DNA from: Octopus bimaculoides
Taxonomy: Eukaryota
Assembly: GCF_001194135.2 (NCBI RefSeq)
Contig: NC_068981.1
Coordinates: forward strand, 160,804,792-160,868,791
Direction of reading: 5' to 3'
Length of the DNA stretch: 64,000 nt
Both the position numbers and the translations under genes were made by a program. The notes beneath the pieces are model-generated. The model had not been told where the DNA came from and did not search any database. It saw only the letters and a program-made list of their open reading frames with translations. Positions 59,771 to 64,000 of the stretch are shown piece after piece. How positions within the stretch are numbered: position 1 is the first letter of the stretch; every line of letters begins with the position of its first letter.

Positions 59771-61643
59771 GAGCTAACATTGAGGAAAAAGTTAGAAAGA
59801 CGGTGAAGATTGAAAGGGTTCTCTACGTCACCTGATTTACCAAGTTGCATGAATGGTTTATAAGGATCCTATTTTCTAATCTAATATCAATTTCAAATTT
59901 TGGTGCAACACCAGCAATTTCGAGGGAGGTGTTAAATCAATTACATTGACAGAACTTATTTTATTGACCCCCAAAAGGATGAAAAGCAAAGTTGACATTA
60001 GCGGAATTAAGGATAGATGAAATGCTACTAAGCATTTTATTCAGCATGCTAATGGTTCTGCCAGCTTGCCACTTTAAAGAAATGGCACTAAACATTTTTT
60101 CTTGTGCGCTAACAATTCCACCAGCTCGCCACCCTCTGACTTTTTAATCTTATACTAACAGAACAATTTACCTGCTTGATCTCCTTGATATAATGGCTAA
60201 ATCTTCACACCATCTTGTAAAGAGAGTGAAATAATGGATTATGTAATTCTAGATACACTATGTCCAACTGAAGGTTGGGATGATTTGGCTTGGGAAGCTT
60301 TTGATCCTAAGTCTGCACAATTAGCCATCCAAAGCTAAACAACACCAACATATTAGTTACTTCTTACATTTACAGAAGAGCAAAGACTATAAAGATTTAT
60401 ATAAGAAAGATATGTAAAGTATCAACGCTCTCACTCTTGAGATGAAAATCAAAATTAATCCCAGTGGAATTTGAAACCAGAATGCAAAGAACTGTATCAG
60501 GAATATCATAGAATGTTTTTCCCAGTGCTCTGCTGATTCTGTTATTCACTGATACCTCAACATCGTATTTTAGAGCTAAATGCTGAGAATGTTGCAGTGC
60601 TTTTAACTACCAATGGAAATGATATGAGTCATTAAGGGGGCCTCTACGTAGTCAGACAGCCTATTAGAAACAGCAACCAAAGTTTCTTCAAATCACACCC
60701 TACTATAGTTAAAAATAACAGATCATTGGATAAGATGGTTCTTGAAACAGTCAGTGGTTAAAAAACAAAACAAAAAACAAAACAAAGTCAGTCACGGCTG
60801 GAATGACGTCGATGATGGGCGAAGACACGGCTGTGCAATTAAGCATGCTTTGCAACCAAGCAGTTCTAGGTTTAATTCCAGTGCTTGTCTTCTACCGACC
60901 TTGGGTTGGCCAATATTTTGTGAACGAAGTTCGATGGATGGAAATTGCAAATGCCTTGTGTATCTTTTTCAATGAAGAGCCTTGCAACATTTGTTCTCCA
61001 CCAAGCTGCTGTTACTCCTTGTCACTCTTGCAGTCAGAAATGCAGCAAACTCATTGGCTGGTTGGGAACATGTAACCAAAGACGCTTTGTTCACCAATTG
61101 CGATATAAAATAGATAAATAGGTTTTCTTGACCGAGGCTGAGCTGAGGTTAAAGAGTAACTACTAAGTTGGTACGTTAACAACTCGATTTTAGTCGGGAT
61201 TTGGTCATCTTCACATTTGCTCAACAAATGACATTCGTATTTTGATTACAAAAGAAAATAAATTATACTAAGGGACATAATTACGAAGTGAAGATTACAT
61301 TGATCAAAGGGAGACAACTTTGTGGATTCTTTATTTTCGACGTAAACAGTTTTTGAGATGGAGTTAAAATCTTAATTCAACTCGGATCGAAAGAAGTCTA
61401 TAATTTAAAGGCATTCAAGCAATGACCATCTTGTCTTTTTGTTATTATTTTCGAGAACTGTGTAACCATAAATCACATTATTCAATGTGTCAATTTTTAA
61501 AATTGTAGGGTGGTTTGAGGGAGATTTGGCGACTGCCTCTAGCTTTGTAATCTTTTCGTGAAGATTTTCGTTGCAGAGAAAGGAAACGTGATTTTAATGG
61601 TTTTCGTAGAGGCACTAGCTATGTAAATGAAATGAGAGTTTTA

Positions 61644-61835
61644 CAGTATTTGGTGGCGTATAAGACGCACTTTTGCATAAGACAAGCCCCTACTTATGTA
61701 GAAAATCATTATATTTTGTGGGATGAGTTGGGGAGACAAATTACATCCATAATAAAGTTGCATTTGGCGCATAGCAATTCTTTGTTACATTTAAGAATTT
61801 AAAAAAAAGCGTGTCTCATACACCGACTTATACGG
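61644..61835. mobile_element. Tc1/pogo-type MITE
   Basis: TA flanks; imperfect TIRs cagtatttggtggcgtataagacgc / gcgtgtctcatacaccgacttatacgg. Confidence 0.6.
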
Positions 61836-63584
61836 TAACTGAGAATCGAAACAGGGTAGTGGATTTGGTTCAGCGAGAACTTACCTAAAATTAATTATAC
61901 ACAATGTATAATTGGCGAAATGTCGATATACTGATCGAAAAATCGCAGCTTCACATCCTGCAACGCTGTAAATCCAGTTGAACCAATAAATGCAGGATTT
62001 ATCTCCCTGCTAGCGATATAAGTATGACTGCATTTCGTATCAAAAACCAATATGAGTTTCTCTTATGATATCTACTGCAATGTACTCACAAAAAATCCAC
62101 ATTTACGTGGGATAAACATTGCCCCTCGGTATTGATAGTCTCTGTCGCTAATATATACTTTTAACAAGCACAATGTGAAATGTATTGTCGAAACATGAGC
62201 CAAGGAGAGTTCTTCTATGTGGCTTCTTGATCAGTTAGAAATAGCAGTCAAATCTCACTCAAATTACAACCTACCGCCATAAATGTAGAAGTGCGAAGAT
62301 TAGAAAACGTCTTTGTCAGTCAAAATTGACCATGCATCTGAAGGTCTGGATAAGACTTTTTTTTCAACAACAACCTTCCCTGAAAGTTGTTAGTGCTTGA
62401 ACTTAGAGGAAGAGAACAGACACCGCAAAGTAGTCATCCGATTCACTACTTTAACCTTGTTGGAGTTATTAGTTATGCGTACAAGCTTGCGTCTACCCAC
62501 TCGAGATAATAGGTGAATAACTTAAGTGCTGCACAGTCAATCAAATCCGGTGTATATGGTCGTCGAAGAGTTTCCTAACTATGCATTCATTCCTGGAGAA
62601 TATAAATTTTGATGTACAAACAGATTGATGCTTAACGTTGAAATCCTTTTGATCAATCAGGGCCTAACTAGAGCTACACAACAGCAGCCGGAAGATTATT
62701 CTGCTGGTTTGCAATACATTGTTTAAATTAATATACAGAGGGTACACTCCACCAAAGCGGACTGGCGGATTTTCGGAATATTTGTCACATACACATAAGT
62801 CAGAATTTCTGGTTTTTGTTTTTTATAAATTTTTCCAAAACACTGGGTAAAGAGCTTTAAAAAAGAAAACTCCGAACAGCAGCCGCCACCCAGAATTTTT
62901 TTCGTCTTTTTTTCATCATGTTATATAGTATTCCAAATTCTGAAACACTTGTAATCAATATTTTCAGAGAGAAAAAAAATTTCCTAAACCTTCTCCTCGC
63001 CCTTCATCACTCTTTTCTCAGGTCAGGCGCCGTTGCAGCATCCAGTATCTGTTCGTGTCATTCCAGGCAACTCTCCGAACTGTGTCCCAGTCAGTTCTCA
63101 TCTCTGTGAAACACTTCCTTTCTCGTCTGCTGTGACCACGAGGCATTTGACTGACCAACACGAACCACATTTTACGATCAGAATTAATTATTTTTTTGTC
63201 CTTTCCACTCTCTGAAACGCGACTGATACTTGTAATTTGCATTAAAAAAATGTTTTACAGATACTTCTTTCAAAATTCCAGTATTGTTTTTCACACAGCC
63301 ACTTCAGAACATTTTCCCGCCACTGATGCGCACACATTTATTTCAAAACAAAATCTACAAAAAGTCAGTTGTGTAAAATACTCGGCGATCTATCGATACC
63401 AGTCCGAAATATCGGCCTTTTCCGTAAAAAGTGTCTTCTAAGAGGACTGTTTCGTTGGCAGGAAAAGTGAAGTTTCTTCATATGAAAATAGCTCCCACTT
63501 CTTTACTTTAACCATAGAAGAACAATTTGGTCGAAATTCTGTTTTAAGCACCACATATAACCCCTCATAACTTTATTTTTTGTA

Positions 63585-63995
63585 ATTTTTCAGAAATCGT
63601 TTTGTAAATTTGTGTTCTACACACGAGAATTCATACGATTATGCAAAAAAAAAAAAGTGATTTAAGGGTGATTTAGCTGTTGTTTTAGCATATCACACAA
63701 CCACCTTATACCTACCTTCCTCGTTTCTGTGTCACTGTGACATGTATTGATATTTTTCAATATTTTTCTCCCCATAAACGCATTTAATGGAATGATGATG
63801 CACCCAAGGACGGTCCATTGCTAGGATTTAAGCAAAAAATTCGGACCGTCCATATTTTAAACTCTGATTAAAAAAATTGAAAAGAAGTGAAACTTTTAGG
63901 ATTTAAGGGTGGGAGGGATTAACCATGAATTCTTTTCATAATCGTATGAATTCTCGTGCGTAGAACACAAATTCGCAAAATTTTTCTGAAAATAC
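63585..63995. repeat. Element with about 65-bp inverted repeats, probably MITE or DNA-transposon derived
   Basis: tttcagaaatcgttttgtaaatttgtgttctacacacgagaattcatacgattatg versus cataatcgtatgaattctcgtgcgtagaacacaaattcgcaaaatttttctgaaa. May continue past the window edge. Confidence 0.65.
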
Positions 63996-64000
63996 CCCCC

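Overview
AT-rich, microsatellite-laden animal genomic DNA with seven N gaps. The SINE families and overall composition suggest an octopus or other coleoid cephalopod (inference). The only host gene found is a DDAH-family (dimethylarginine dimethylaminohydrolase-like) gene on the + strand. Its exons are at 37599-37701, 52679-52702 (the 3' end of an exon mostly hidden in a gap), 55216-55347 and 58088-58285 (stop). Its first exon was not found, so 1-37598 is probably one long intron. The rest is transposon-derived: RTE, CR1, R4/Dong, CRE, HERO-like and Penelope-like retroelement fragments, several SINE families, mariner/Tc1 relics and piggyBac-type MITEs. Nearly all ORFs in the supplied track are artefacts of microsatellites, gaps or transposons. 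Best leads: (1) the DDAH-like protein has Ser at the catalytic Cys position in a DDAH2-type SSLCL motif plus other active-site changes, suggesting a pseudoenzyme; (2) a candidate minimal hammerhead ribozyme with a compensatory G3-C8 core swap in sense orientation in an intron (52110-52160); (3) several strong intronic foldbacks that could form dsRNA; (4) an abrupt rise in CpG density just downstream of the gene. Repeat family labels A-D and F are my own, and most repeat boundaries are approximate.
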